The position numbers and the translations under genes were made by a program. Below the pieces are notes generated by a model. It worked only from the letters and a program-made list of their open reading frames with translations. It ran no database searches and had not been told where the DNA came from. Positions 1-11,235 of a stretch of 64,000 nucleotides of DNA are shown here, piece after piece. The first letter of the stretch is position 1; each line of letters opens with the position of its first letter. The DNA comes from an uncultured Hyphomonas sp. (lineage in GTDB: Bacteria; Pseudomonadota; Alphaproteobacteria; Caulobacterales; Hyphomonadaceae): NCBI GenBank assembly GCA_964409375.1, contig CAYPDA010000004.1, positions 4,926 through 68,925 on the forward strand. The letters are read 5' to 3'.

Positions 1-1538
<1,538 letters not shown>

Positions 1539-1888
1539 GCCTTTACGGAACTTTGCGCGGAAAACTGGACAGATTTGGCTGTTGTATTTCTGCAACAGGC
1601 CTATTGCTCAGCGCGCCAGTCAAAACAGCGCTAAAGCCTTAATTTGCCTTAATTTTCATGGGTTTGACGAAGTGCCCTCCGGCAATGCCAGCGTTATGGT
1701 TAAGGACAAAGTGTTTCAACTTTCTGAATTGTCACTCAGAAAACTGGCTGGATTATTGCTACATAGGCCCGGGTGGGCCAAGTCCCCGCTTCCCTCCGGG
1801 GCGGTTGGGCAACTCGGCCATGTACGAAAACAATCCAGACACTCCGGGGCATCAGGCGGAGCGATAACTGCCGGCCGGAGAAACAGGA

Positions 1889-3097
1889 GTGATGATGTTA
1901 AGGGTTTCGAAACCAGGTCGAGCGACTTTGAGGCGTTCAAATGGGCCGATAGACAGGCTCACTCGGTGGTGGTTTGCCATGACGGATCAAGAACAGCGCG
2001 ATGTGTTCATTCGCGGCGGCATGATTGCTGTCATTGCGGCCAGCGCAACCGTATCCCTGCCGGCGATCTCGGAAACACAGGCGGGCTTGCGGGCGGAAGC
2101 CGAGTTCCGGGCTGAAGCCGAACGTTTTGCGGCCTATGGTGATGGCGGACTGGCCGTGCGCACGGCGGCCGACGCGCCGTCCCTGCTCGACACGCCCTGG
2201 CTGCGCACCGTGGAATACACGCTGAAGCGCGACATTGACTCCTCGATGAGCCGCTATGCGATGCGCGACCGTGACGGCGCGGCGCTGGCGACCCTCGCCT
2301 CTTTCCGCCCGGAACAGGTCCAGCGCGCCGAGTCGATCGAGACCGAGATGATGTGCATGGCGCAGGCTGTCTATTACGAGTCTGCTTTCGAGCCTGTGCC
2401 CGGCCAGATCGCCGTGGCCGAAGTCATTGCCAACCGCGTGCGCGATCACCGCTATCCCGACAGCGTCTGCGGCGTGGTGTTCCAGGGCGCGACCCGAACG
2501 ACCGGCTGCCAGTTCACTTTCACCTGCGACGGCTCGATGGAGCGCAACAAGGCGTCTGGTGAGCCCTGGGAACGTGCCCAGCGTATTGCCGCGCATGTGA
2601 TGATGGAGCTGCACGACGAGCGTACGGGCGGGGCGACGCATTATCATGCGACTTATGTCGACCCGATCTGGAATTCCGGCCTCGTGAAAACCGACAAGAT
2701 CGGCCTGCACATCTTCTACCGTTTTCCGCGCGGCGCCGAATGGGCCGCGGTGGAGCAGAACTTCGCCGCCCGCAAGCGCGAGACGGAGCTGCGCCTTGCC
2801 GCCCTCGACTCAGCGCGCGACGCTGACATGGCTGCGCTTGATGAGGGGCTGCTATTCTCAGAGGCGTCTTCGGCCGCGGATGATGGTTACTACAAGATCA
2901 CGCCGGCAGCGGCGCCGGCCGGCGTTACGACGTCGACGCGGACCATCTCCAGCGCTGCCCCGCGGCTCATGTCCGTGCAGACGGTGAAGCCCGCCCAGAC
3001 ACAGGCTGAGCCTGCCGCCGAGGTGAGCCCGGTTGTGGACGCCTATCTGGTCCGCCAGCTGGCGGCAGCGGCCGGTGACACGCCCAGCGCGCCCTGA
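1889..3097 (+). CDS. Cell wall hydrolase, SleB/Hydrolase_2 family, with N-terminal membrane anchor
   Basis: CMAQAVYYES, VAEVIANRV, CGVVFQG, CQFTFTCDGS, GATHYHATYVDPIW, IGLHIFYR; RBS CAGGAG upstream. Confidence 0.9.
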   Translation: MMMLRVSKPGRATLRRSNGPIDRLTRWWFAMTDQEQRDVFIRGGMIAVIAASATVSLPAISETQAGLRAEAEFRAEAERFAAYGDGGLAVRTAADAPSLLDTPWLRTVEYTLKRDIDSSMSRYAMRDRDGAALATLASFRPEQVQRAESIETEMMCMAQAVYYESAFEPVPGQIAVAEVIANRVRDHRYPDSVCGVVFQGATRTTGCQFTFTCDGSMERNKASGEPWERAQRIAAHVMMELHDERTGGATHYHATYVDPIWNSGLVKTDKIGLHIFYRFPRGAEWAAVEQNFAARKRETELRLAALDSARDADMAALDEGLLFSEASSAADDGYYKITPAAAPAGVTTSTRTISSAAPRLMSVQTVKPAQTQAEPAAEVSPVVDAYLVRQLAAAAGDTPSAP

Positions 3098-3134
3098 TCT
3101 TCCCAGATGCGCCTGATATTGATCGCCTCGGGGT

Positions 3135-3944
3135 TCAGCCCCGCGGCGGCACGTTCTTGCGGACCTGTTTGCGCACGAAGCCAGGCATCCAGCGGCTCAT
3201 GAAGCGCGCCCGCTCGGCCTCCTCGCCCACCATGTAGTGAATGTCTGCGCCGTGGGCGGCGTCCCAGGCCTTTTCGGCTGCAAGAGCGACCGGATAGATC
3301 TTGGCGCCGCCGGCGCGCAGCTGGTCGGACATCTTTTCATTGGCGCCGTCCCTGCTCCCCATGTCCAGGATCGGCGTGTCGACGAACCAGGGCATCAGGC
3401 TGGTGACGCGCACGCCGATGTCGCGGAACTCAGCATCCAGTGCCTCGGTCAGTCCGCGTACGGCCCATTTGGTGGCAGAGTAGACGGCGAGCTGCGGCGC
3501 GCCGACGATGCCGGCCGTGGAGGCAGTGTTGATGATGCGCGCACCCGGCGTGGCCTTGAGGAGGGGCAGGGCGGCATGCACGCCGTTTATCACGCCCTTG
3601 ACGTTCACATCGACGACCCAGTCATTGTCTTCAGGCGGAACATCCTCGAACCAGCCATGGCGGCCGACACCGGCATTGTTGAAGAGTGCGTGCATCTGGC
3701 CGCCGGTGGCCGCCCCGAATCCCTTGATGGCGAGGGCCCAGTCGTCGCGGCTGCGTACATCAAGGCGGGCGGTGTGGCTGCCCCCTTCGCCGAGTTCCGC
3801 AGCGACGGAGGCGAGGCCGGCTTCGTTGACGTCATACAGGCCGCAGAACCAGCCTCTGCGGGCGAAATGGCGGGCCGTCTCGGCGCCAATGCCGGAGGCG
3901 GCGCCGGTGATGAAGATGGCCTTGCGGCCGTTGATGCCGGTCAT
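3135..3944 (-). CDS. Short-chain dehydrogenase/reductase
   Basis: TGAASGIG, NNAG, YSATK motifs. Confidence 0.92.
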   Translation of the reverse strand: MTGINGRKAIFITGAASGIGAETARHFARRGWFCGLYDVNEAGLASVAAELGEGGSHTARLDVRSRDDWALAIKGFGAATGGQMHALFNNAGVGRHGWFEDVPPEDNDWVVDVNVKGVINGVHAALPLLKATPGARIINTASTAGIVGAPQLAVYSATKWAVRGLTEALDAEFRDIGVRVTSLMPWFVDTPILDMGSRDGANEKMSDQLRAGGAKIYPVALAAEKAWDAAHGADIHYMVGEEAERARFMSRWMPGFVRKQVRKNVPPRG

Positions 3945-4003
3945 GTGTTTCCTCAGGGTCAAACTGTTTGCTGCGCGTTATCCGCCGCGCCCTAAGCAGA
4001 CTG

Positions 4004-4861
4004 TCAGACTACATCGAGGCCGAGGTCAAGGTTGGGCGCGGAATGCGTCAGCGCGCCGGAGGAAATGAAGTCCACGCCGGTTTCCGCAATTGCCGCAATG
4101 CAAGCCAGCGTGACGCCGCCGGAGGCTTCGAGTGTGACGCGGCCCGCCGCGAGACTGACGGCGGTACGCAATTCCTCGAGGCTCATATTGTCGAGAAGGA
4201 CTGCATGCGGATCATACTTCAGCGCTTCTTCCAGCTGGCCGAGCGAATCGACTTCGATTTCGATCATGCGGAGATGGCCGGCATAAGCCTTGGCCCGGGC
4301 CATGGCATCAGCGATGGAGCCGCCGCAGGCTGCGATGTGATTGTCCTTGATGAGGATCGCGTCATCGAGGCCGTAGCGGTGAGACGTGCCGCCGCCGCAG
4401 CGCACGGCGCGTTTCTCGAGCGCGCGGTGGCCCGGCGTTGTCTTGCGGGTGCAGACGATGCGGGCCCGGGTGTGCGCGGCGGCGTCAACATACTGGCGCG
4501 TCAGCGTCGCGACACCGGACAGGCGGCCGAGAAAGTTGAGCATCGTGCGCTCTGCCATCAGGATGGAGCGCGCGGCGCCGTCGAGCTGGATGACGATGTC
4601 GCCGGAGGTGAGCGGGCTTGCGTCAGCCTTCAGCACGCTGAGCTTGAGGCCGGGATCGATCAGGTGGGCGGCGTAAGCGGCCGCATCAAGGCCGGCGATC
4701 ACGCCCGGCGCCCGCGCAACGATGACGGCGGAGATGACCGTGTCCGGAGGAATTGTGGCGTCGGTTGTCAAGTCGCCTGCACGGCCGAGATCTTCGGCGA
4801 GCGCGAGGCGGACGATCGGATCAAGGATGATCGGGGAGAGGGGCGGCACGGCGAGGGTCAT
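4004..4861 (-). CDS. nadC: Nicotinate-nucleotide diphosphorylase (carboxylating)
   Basis: TRKTTPG, HRYGL, LIKDNH, IEIEVD, LLDNM, EASGG; overlaps nadB by 4 nt. Confidence 0.97.
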   Translation of the reverse strand: MTLAVPPLSPIILDPIVRLALAEDLGRAGDLTTDATIPPDTVISAVIVARAPGVIAGLDAAAYAAHLIDPGLKLSVLKADASPLTSGDIVIQLDGAARSILMAERTMLNFLGRLSGVATLTRQYVDAAAHTRARIVCTRKTTPGHRALEKRAVRCGGGTSHRYGLDDAILIKDNHIAACGGSIADAMARAKAYAGHLRMIEIEVDSLGQLEEALKYDPHAVLLDNMSLEELRTAVSLAAGRVTLEASGGVTLACIAAIAETGVDFISSGALTHSAPNLDLGLDVV

Positions 4862-6396
4862 GTCACAAGGGTCTTCCGGGCGGAGCTGATGATAAAATGC
4901 CGCTCGGGCGCCGCGGCGGCCGGGTAATCGGCACGAAAGTGTCCGCCGCGGCTTTCCTCGCGTTCGAGCGCGGCGCCGGCAATCAGGCGGGCGGTGGTCA
5001 GTTCAGGCGCGCCGGGTGCAGCGCGCTCGAGGGTCTCGATCAGGCCCAGAACGCGGTTCAGCCCGGCGGCGGCGCGCACGACGCCGCAATCTGCCGACAT
5101 TGCTTCGCGCAAGGCAAGAAGCGTACCCGGCTCAAGACGGGGCGGCAGGAGGGCGCTGCTGACGGCGGTGTCCTGCAGGAAGGCGCCTTCGAGACGGCGG
5201 GCGATGCGTTCGGCAAAGACGACCGCTTCCAGCAGCGAGTTCGAGGCGAGGCGGTTGGCGCCGTGTGCGCCTGTGGCGGTGCATTCTCCGCAGGCGGAGA
5301 GCCCTTCAAGCGTGGAGCGGCCCCAGAAATCCGAGACGATGCCTCCCATATGATAATGCGCGGCCGGCGCGACCGGGATCATCTGTTCACGCGGGTCGAT
5401 GCCTGCGCTTATGCAGGCGGCGAAGACGGTGGGAAAGTGGTGCGGGAAGGCGGCGCCGACGGCCGTGCGGCAATCGAGGAAAGCGCCGCGTCCGGCCGCG
5501 CGCTCGGAATGGATGGCGCGGGCGACTTCGTCCCGCGGCGCAAGTTCCGCCATCGGATGATAGTCCGTCATGAAGGCCCGCCCCGACGCGTCATGCAGGG
5601 TGGCACCCTCGCCGCGCAGCGCTTCGGTGGCGAGCGGCGCGGGGTCCCGGCCGATATCGATGCCGGTCGGGTGGAACTGAACGAATTCGACATCTGCCAG
5701 CAGGGCGCCGGCAGCATGCGCCATCGACAGCGCTTCGCCGAGCGCTTCGCGCGGATTGGTGGTCACGCGGTAGAGGCCGCCCGAGCCGCCCGTGCAGAGC
5801 ACGGTCTCACGTGCGGTACAGCCAAAGGCCTCGCCGTCCGGCCCGCGCAGGAGCACCCCGGCAATTCGCCCGTTCGCGTCCTGCAGAAGGCCGGCAGCAC
5901 GGGCGCCTTCCACGCGTTGGATATGGGTTGCCGCGCCGACGGCGGCGACCAGCGCGTCCATGATCGCCTTGCCCGCGAGGTCACCGGCAACCCGCGCGAC
6001 GCGGGGGCGGGAATGGGCAGCCTCGAGCGACAGGGCCAGCTGGCCATCCGGCGTCCGGTCGAAGGGCACGCCCAGCGCGATCAGGTCGCGCACCCGGGCC
6101 GGGCCTTCCTCGGCGATCATGCGGGCGATAATGGGGTCGACGAGGCCTGCGCCGGCAGCGACCGTGTCGGCGGCGTGCTGGGCCGGGCTGTCGAGCGGAT
6201 CGAGCGCGGCGGCGAGGCCGCCCTGCGCCCAGGCGGAGGAAGAGGCCTGGCCGAGCGGGGCGGGCGAAATGACAGTGCATTTTCGCGGCGCGAGTTTCAG
6301 TGCGAGGAAAAGGCCGGCAAGGCCGGCTCCGACAATTAGGACATCCGTGGCGGCGCCGGCGCCAGCCTGGAGGCGCTGCGCTTCTCCCTCAGACAT
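4858..6396 (-). CDS. nadB: L-aspartate oxidase
   Basis: GAGLAG FAD motif, SAWAQGG, FVQFHPT, TEALRGEG, HYHMGG, HGANRLASNSLLE, ESRGGH. Confidence 0.96.
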   Translation of the reverse strand: MSEGEAQRLQAGAGAATDVLIVGAGLAGLFLALKLAPRKCTVISPAPLGQASSSAWAQGGLAAALDPLDSPAQHAADTVAAGAGLVDPIIARMIAEEGPARVRDLIALGVPFDRTPDGQLALSLEAAHSRPRVARVAGDLAGKAIMDALVAAVGAATHIQRVEGARAAGLLQDANGRIAGVLLRGPDGEAFGCTARETVLCTGGSGGLYRVTTNPREALGEALSMAHAAGALLADVEFVQFHPTGIDIGRDPAPLATEALRGEGATLHDASGRAFMTDYHPMAELAPRDEVARAIHSERAAGRGAFLDCRTAVGAAFPHHFPTVFAACISAGIDPREQMIPVAPAAHYHMGGIVSDFWGRSTLEGLSACGECTATGAHGANRLASNSLLEAVVFAERIARRLEGAFLQDTAVSSALLPPRLEPGTLLALREAMSADCGVVRAAAGLNRVLGLIETLERAAPGAPELTTARLIAGAALEREESRGGHFRADYPAAAAPERHFIISSARKTLVT

Positions 6397-6414
6397 GGTG
6401 GTGGTCCGTTCCGG

Positions 6415-6876
6415 TCAGGAAATGCCGTCAGTGGCGCGGCGGAACTCGACCGGCGCGGTGACGGCTGACACCAGAGCGCCGAACATGCGTTGGGACGACT
6501 GGATGGTCAGGGTGAAATTATCCGGCACATAGACGAGGCCCTCGAATTTGGATTCGAGCATCTCCTCAATCGTGGAGCGGATCGAGACCTGGTTGCCGAA
6601 CCGTGTGGCGGAGCAGGACTGGCGTACGACCGAGCGGCCCCACATGGAGCACATCTCCACCGCGGTCAGCTCGCAGGTATATCGGTCGGCGTCCGGATGC
6701 GGGCTGAGGTTCATTGTGCCGGTCATCACGCACTGGCCGCTGCGATAGGGGCTCGTCTGGAAGCTCCAATTGCCGAGGACATTGACGCCCTCGCTCTCAT
6801 TCTTGGCGTAAGCGGGAAGGGCCGCGAGCGCGCCCAGCGCCAGAGCTGCCAGAAGGCTGTGAAAGTTCTTTGCCAT
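6415..6876 (-). CDS. Hypothetical exported protein (signal peptide, four Cys) between nadA and nadB
   Basis: MAKNFHSLLAALALGALAALPAYA signal-like N-terminus; host-like codon use; co-oriented with the nad genes. Confidence 0.75.
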   Translation of the reverse strand: MAKNFHSLLAALALGALAALPAYAKNESEGVNVLGNWSFQTSPYRSGQCVMTGTMNLSPHPDADRYTCELTAVEMCSMWGRSVVRQSCSATRFGNQVSIRSTIEEMLESKFEGLVYVPDNFTLTIQSSQRMFGALVSAVTAPVEFRRATDGIS

Positions 6877-6946
6877 GGTCACCCTCGTGAACGCCCCATT
6901 TCCAACTTCAACGCCGTAGCCTGCCGATGGCAAGCCGGATTGCGCA

Positions 6947-8086
6947 CTAAACCACGAGTTCGAGCTCGACTGGCTTTGCGCCGGTCACGAAATCCAGCGG
7001 CCGCGCCATCCTGGGCAGGTTGAGCATCGCGTCCAGCGCCGCCTTGGCGCGCAGCCGGATGTCTTCCGGGATCGTCACCTCATGGCGGCCGGTCTTCAGG
7101 CAGTCATAGATGTTCTCCAGCGTGATCCGCTTCATGTGCGGGCAGAGATTACAGGGCCGGATGAAGTTCACGCCGGGATTTTCGGCGGCGACATTGTCGC
7201 TCATCGAGCATTCGGTCAGCAGTACGACCTGGTTCGGCTTGCGCTCGCTGACATAGTTGGCGAGGGCCGCGGTGGAGCCGGCATAGTCAGCCGCCTCCAG
7301 TACGTCCGGCGGGCATTCCGGATGGGCGAGCACGATCACGCCGGGATGGGCCTCGCGCAGCTGGCGCACGTCTTCGGCAGAGAACTGCTCATGCACTTCG
7401 CAGGCCCCGGGCCAGGTGAGAATGCGCAGTTTGGTCTGGGCTGCGACATTCCGGGCGAGATACTGGTCCGGTACGAGGATGACGGTGTCGGTGTTCCATT
7501 CGGCGGCGATCGCCTCGACGACCTGCGCCGCATTGGAGCTGGTGCACGTGATATGGCACTCAGCCTTCACGTCGGCGGTGCAGTTAACATAGGTGACAAT
7601 CGGATAGTCCGGGAATTTCTGCTTGATCAGGCGCACATCGGCCCCCGTGATCGAGCTGGCCAGCGAACAGCCGGCTTCAAGCGAAGGGATGAGGACGGTC
7701 TTCTCAGGCGCGAGGATTTTCGAGGTCTCGGCCATGAAGTGCACGCCGGCCTGGACGATCACCTTCTGCGGCACCTGTGAGGCTGCGCGGGCAAGCTGCA
7801 GGCTGTCGCCGCGGAAGTCGCCCACGAGGCGGAAGATATCCGGCGTCATGTAATTGTGGGCGAGGATGACGGCGTCCTTTTCGCGCTTCAGCCGGTTGAT
7901 AGCCGCAACGAGTGGGGAAATGCCCGGCCATTCCATTGGGGTGATGAAGTCGGCCACCAACGGATAGAGATCGTCAGTTTCCGCACGGACCGCGTCGTCA
8001 TAGACGAGGCCGCGCGCTTCGGCGCCAAAGGCGCCGCGGGGCGGGGTCGGCGGGCAGCCGGGACCGGCATCAATCAGACGGGCCAT
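6947..8086 (-). CDS. nadA: Quinolinate synthase
   Basis: ILAHNY, GDSL, GVHFMAE, AGCSLA, YVN, AHPEC, CPHMK; RBS AAGGAGG before ATG at 8086. Confidence 0.96.
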   Translation of the reverse strand: MARLIDAGPGCPPTPPRGAFGAEARGLVYDDAVRAETDDLYPLVADFITPMEWPGISPLVAAINRLKREKDAVILAHNYMTPDIFRLVGDFRGDSLQLARAASQVPQKVIVQAGVHFMAETSKILAPEKTVLIPSLEAGCSLASSITGADVRLIKQKFPDYPIVTYVNCTADVKAECHITCTSSNAAQVVEAIAAEWNTDTVILVPDQYLARNVAAQTKLRILTWPGACEVHEQFSAEDVRQLREAHPGVIVLAHPECPPDVLEAADYAGSTAALANYVSERKPNQVVLLTECSMSDNVAAENPGVNFIRPCNLCPHMKRITLENIYDCLKTGRHEVTIPEDIRLRAKAALDAMLNLPRMARPLDFVTGAKPVELELVV

Positions 8087-8113
8087 GAGGAACCTCCTTC
8101 GTCGCACGAGCAG

Positions 8114-8134
8114 TTTTGCTCGATTTGAGTATAA
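8114..8134. promoter_or_regulatory. Putative NadQ-type operator 1
   Basis: Minus strand TTATACTC-N5-GAGCAAAA, close to the recalled NadQ consensus TTATRCTC-N5-GAGYATAA; just upstream of the nadA RBS. Confidence 0.7.
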
Positions 8135-8216
8135 GTTAGGCCTGAAACTCCGCGTTTCAAGGGCTGACCTCAAACGCTGATTGGATCAGGGCTCATATGC
8201 GACGGTATCTTGATGC

Positions 8217-8237
8217 TTTTGCGCAGTTTGAGCAAAA
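8217..8237. promoter_or_regulatory. Putative NadQ-type operator 2
   Basis: TTTTGCGC-N5-GAGCAAAA, same 8-5-8 palindrome geometry as site 1. Confidence 0.55.
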
Positions 8238-8308
8238 GGGTATCTAGCGAATCACCCGGCTGAAGGCAAGGCCCCGCGCCTTAATCCTGCCTTTATTGAA
8301 ACGAGGTC

Positions 8309-8338
8309 TTGACCCGCTCCCTTGCGCCCGCTTAGAGC
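8309..8338 (+). promoter_or_regulatory. Putative sigma70 promoter for leader peptide/P450
   Basis: TTGACC followed after 17-18 nt by (T)TAGAGC, resembling alphaproteobacterial RpoD promoters. Confidence 0.5.
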
Positions 8339-8362
8339 GCCGCCCTACCAGAAAGTCCTGTC

Positions 8363-8386
8363 ATGAAGTCCGTCCGGAAACGCTAA
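8363..8386 (+). CDS. Putative leader peptide MKSVRKR
   Basis: ATG AAG TCC GTC CGG AAA CGC TAA, immediately followed by CCTCGAAA (8388-8395), which is complementary to TTTCGAGG (8442-8449) overlapping the P450 RBS. Confidence 0.45.
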   Translation: MKSVRKR

Positions 8387-8459
8387 GCCTCGAAACCCCG
8401 GTTTCACTGCCCCTGCCGCCGCGCGGGGTACTGACTTATGCTTTCGAGGACTGACTCCC

Positions 8460-9560
8460 ATGAAAACTTTCACCACTTTCGACCAGCCCTCGGGCTGGCC
8501 TTCTGTCGCCGCTGCGTTCCAGGCCGATCTCGCCGACGGTCATCGTGTTCAGGCGGCCTCCTGGGGCGGCTTTGCCATTCTCGGCCATGCTGAGCTATCT
8601 GAACTGGCCCGCAACTCCGCCGCAGATGGCATGGCGCCGGACAAGGCGGCCATGGCCGATACCCCCGGCATCTACAACCTGCTGATGCGCTCGGTGTTCA
8701 CCAAATCCGGCGCGGCCCACCGGGCGGACCGCGCCGCCCTCATCGCCGCCCTGAGCGCCGTAGACGTGCCTGTCATCGCCAGGCAAGCTGTGGCTGAATT
8801 GCCCGGAGCGGCCACCCGTCTCGATCTCAAGGCGGAGGTCGTTGCCCCGGTGGTGCGCGCCGTCTGGGCCTCGGTGATCGGCTATGACGCGCAGGCAGCG
8901 CTCCGGCTGGAGCGCGCTGTCGCCGATATGGCCCATGTGCTTTCGATGGCGCCTGACCTGACAAAGGCCGGGCTTGCCGAGGCCGCTGGCGTCGAGGTTC
9001 GCGCGCTCTCCCTCGCGGCCCTGCAGCGGGGCGCCCCCTTCACCCGCGCGGTAGTGGCTGCGGTCGGGGCGGAGAACGCGGCCGATCTCATCGCAGGTAT
9101 GGTGTTCGATGCCATCGAAACTTCCACGACAGGCCTCACCGCCTGCCTGCGCGCCGCGGCGGCCCACCGGGAAATCCTGGCGGCGACACCTCAGTGTGCA
9201 AATGAACTACTCCGGCTCGCCAGCCCCGCCCCGATGACAATGCGGCTCACCACAGCGCCGATCCAGCTGGGCGATGTCGACATCGCTTCCGGAACAGCCC
9301 TTTCGATGATCTGGGCCGCAGGCAATCACGATCCGCGCGCCTTTCCGGAGCCTGAACGCTTCAATCCGGCTCGCCAGAACGCCCGCCCCCTGATGTTCGG
9401 CCTGGGCCAGCATGCCTGCCTCGGCCACGCGCTCGTGCGGGCGACACTTCAGGAATTGCTGGCTTTTTTCCTGGCGCAACGCGCACAGATCTCCGGTGAC
9501 AGTGGCGGCTGGAACCTCCTCCGGCCTGCCGACATGCCGCCCCTGAAGGTCAGCTGGTAA
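8460..9560 (+). CDS. Cytochrome P450
   Basis: ExxR (ELLR), HDPRAFPEPERF, heme ligand FGLGQHACLG; RBS GAGGA. Confidence 0.92.
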   Translation: MKTFTTFDQPSGWPSVAAAFQADLADGHRVQAASWGGFAILGHAELSELARNSAADGMAPDKAAMADTPGIYNLLMRSVFTKSGAAHRADRAALIAALSAVDVPVIARQAVAELPGAATRLDLKAEVVAPVVRAVWASVIGYDAQAALRLERAVADMAHVLSMAPDLTKAGLAEAAGVEVRALSLAALQRGAPFTRAVVAAVGAENAADLIAGMVFDAIETSTTGLTACLRAAAAHREILAATPQCANELLRLASPAPMTMRLTTAPIQLGDVDIASGTALSMIWAAGNHDPRAFPEPERFNPARQNARPLMFGLGQHACLGHALVRATLQELLAFFLAQRAQISGDSGGWNLLRPADMPPLKVSW

Positions 9561-9604
9561 GGGTTCGGCGTTGTTCCTGTTTCGGGCGGGGGCCTTGCGC
9601 GCCC

Positions 9605-11056
9605 TCACCCCCCGAACAAATCGAGCGCGGCTGCCGTCATCGCTTCCACACCTGTCGCAATCGCCGGGTCATAATCGGGGCCGAACAGCGGCGAGTGAAG
9701 GGAAGGCAAAGGCATGGCGTCGCTCTGGGCGGCCGCCCAGCGGTCAGGATTGACGGCGCCGAGCCAGAAGATGACGCCTGGTATGTTTTCTTCTGTTCTT
9801 GCGAACTGGCCGAAATCCTCGCCGCCCATCACCGGCGGCACGGGGCGGACATTCGCCTCGCCGATGGCGCGCGCAACCGCCTGCATCGCCCGCTCGGTCA
9901 GGGCCGGGTCGTTGTAGGTCGCGGGCGTGAAGTCCTGCTCGACCGAGATGTCCGGCGGCGGGGCGCCGAAGGCGGCAGCCTGGCCCTCGGCGATGCGGCG
10001 GATGCCGTCCAGCAGCATCTGGCGGGTCGCATCGTCATAGGAGCGCACGGTGAGCAGCAGTTCCGCCTCATCCGCAATGATGTTGTGCTTGGCGCCCGCT
10101 TTGATCGACCCGACCGTGACGACGGCGGAGTCCAGCGGATTGGTGTTGCGCGAGACGAGGCTCTGAAGGGCGACAACGATATGGCTGGCGATCAGCACGG
10201 GGTCGCGCGTCGTGTGGGGATAGGCGCCGTGGCCGCCTTCGCCCTTCACGGTGATGTCGACGGAGTCGACATTGGCGAGCGCGAAGCCGGCGGAATAGTT
10301 CACCGTGCCGGCCGGCGCGCCTGCCGAGACGTGCAGGGCGAGATTATAGTCGGGCTGCGGAAAGCGCGTGTATAGGCCATCTGCGAGCATCGCCTGCGCG
10401 CCTAGGCCTATTTCCTCCGCAGGCTGAGCGATCATGATCAGCGTACCGTTCCACTTGTCCTTTCCGGCGATGAGGCGGCGGGCCGTGCCGGTCCAGACGG
10501 TCATGTGGATGTCGTGCCCGCAGGCATGCATGACCGGGCTGTCGACCCCGGTATGAGTTTGTGACTTGACAGTCGAGGCGAAGGCAAAGCCGGTCTGTTC
10601 GGGCACGGGCAGGCCGTCCATGTCGGCGCGGATGAGCACGGTCGGCCCCTCGCCATTCCTCAGTACACCGACGACGCCGTAGCCGCCGACGCCGGGACGG
10701 ACTTCGCCCACATCGCGGGTGACTTTCTCGCGGATCCAGGCATCACCTAGCCCTTCGGTCACCTCGAAGCCGAGCGTGCGCAATTCGTCCGCCATCAGCT
10801 TGGACGTCTCGACCTCGCGGAAGGAGAGTTCCGGGTTCGCATGGAGGCGCTGGTAGAGTTCGATCAGGGCCGGGTCAGCGCGCCGGGTCTCGCCCACCGG
10901 CATTCCGGGAATGCCCGCCTCAGCGCTGCCGGCGGACCGGTCGGCCGGGCGAAGGTCCGCCGGCGCGCCGTCGGCCTCACCCGCCATCTCATCGCCCCCG
11001 CAGGCGGCCGCGCCAAGCAGCAGCAGTGCAGTCAGTAAAGTCCGGCCGGTCATCAT
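9605..11056 (-). CDS. M20 family amidohydrolase, probable lipoprotein
   Basis: LHANPELSFRE, RADMDGLP, MHACGHD, QPAEE, GGHGAYPH, MGGEDF; lipobox-like LGAAAC. Confidence 0.92.
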   Translation of the reverse strand: MMTGRTLLTALLLLGAAACGGDEMAGEADGAPADLRPADRSAGSAEAGIPGMPVGETRRADPALIELYQRLHANPELSFREVETSKLMADELRTLGFEVTEGLGDAWIREKVTRDVGEVRPGVGGYGVVGVLRNGEGPTVLIRADMDGLPVPEQTGFAFASTVKSQTHTGVDSPVMHACGHDIHMTVWTGTARRLIAGKDKWNGTLIMIAQPAEEIGLGAQAMLADGLYTRFPQPDYNLALHVSAGAPAGTVNYSAGFALANVDSVDITVKGEGGHGAYPHTTRDPVLIASHIVVALQSLVSRNTNPLDSAVVTVGSIKAGAKHNIIADEAELLLTVRSYDDATRQMLLDGIRRIAEGQAAAFGAPPPDISVEQDFTPATYNDPALTERAMQAVARAIGEANVRPVPPVMGGEDFGQFARTEENIPGVIFWLGAVNPDRWAAAQSDAMPLPSLHSPLFGPDYDPAIATGVEAMTAAALDLFGG

Positions 11057-11235
11057 GGCACCCTCGTCTCACCGATGGAATATCATGACGAAAGCGTAAC
11101 GCCCGCAGCGCCCTTGTAAATGGGCGCGAAGGCGAGGGCGCTCTATCCAAAGGCCAGCGCCTGACAATGACGCGGTCCCCGCTTCTATTTCCCGTCTCCT
11201 CCGATATGATCAAATGCGTCAGGGGGCATGCGCGC

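Noticed and set aside
1639-1652. Canonical CtrA box
   Set aside because: Spacing is N6, not N7. TTAAC half-sites near 48574, 48637 and 60906 also lack a partner half-site.
8087-8300. NAD-related riboswitch upstream of nadA
   Set aside because: No aptamer I can recognise; the palindromes fit protein operators better.
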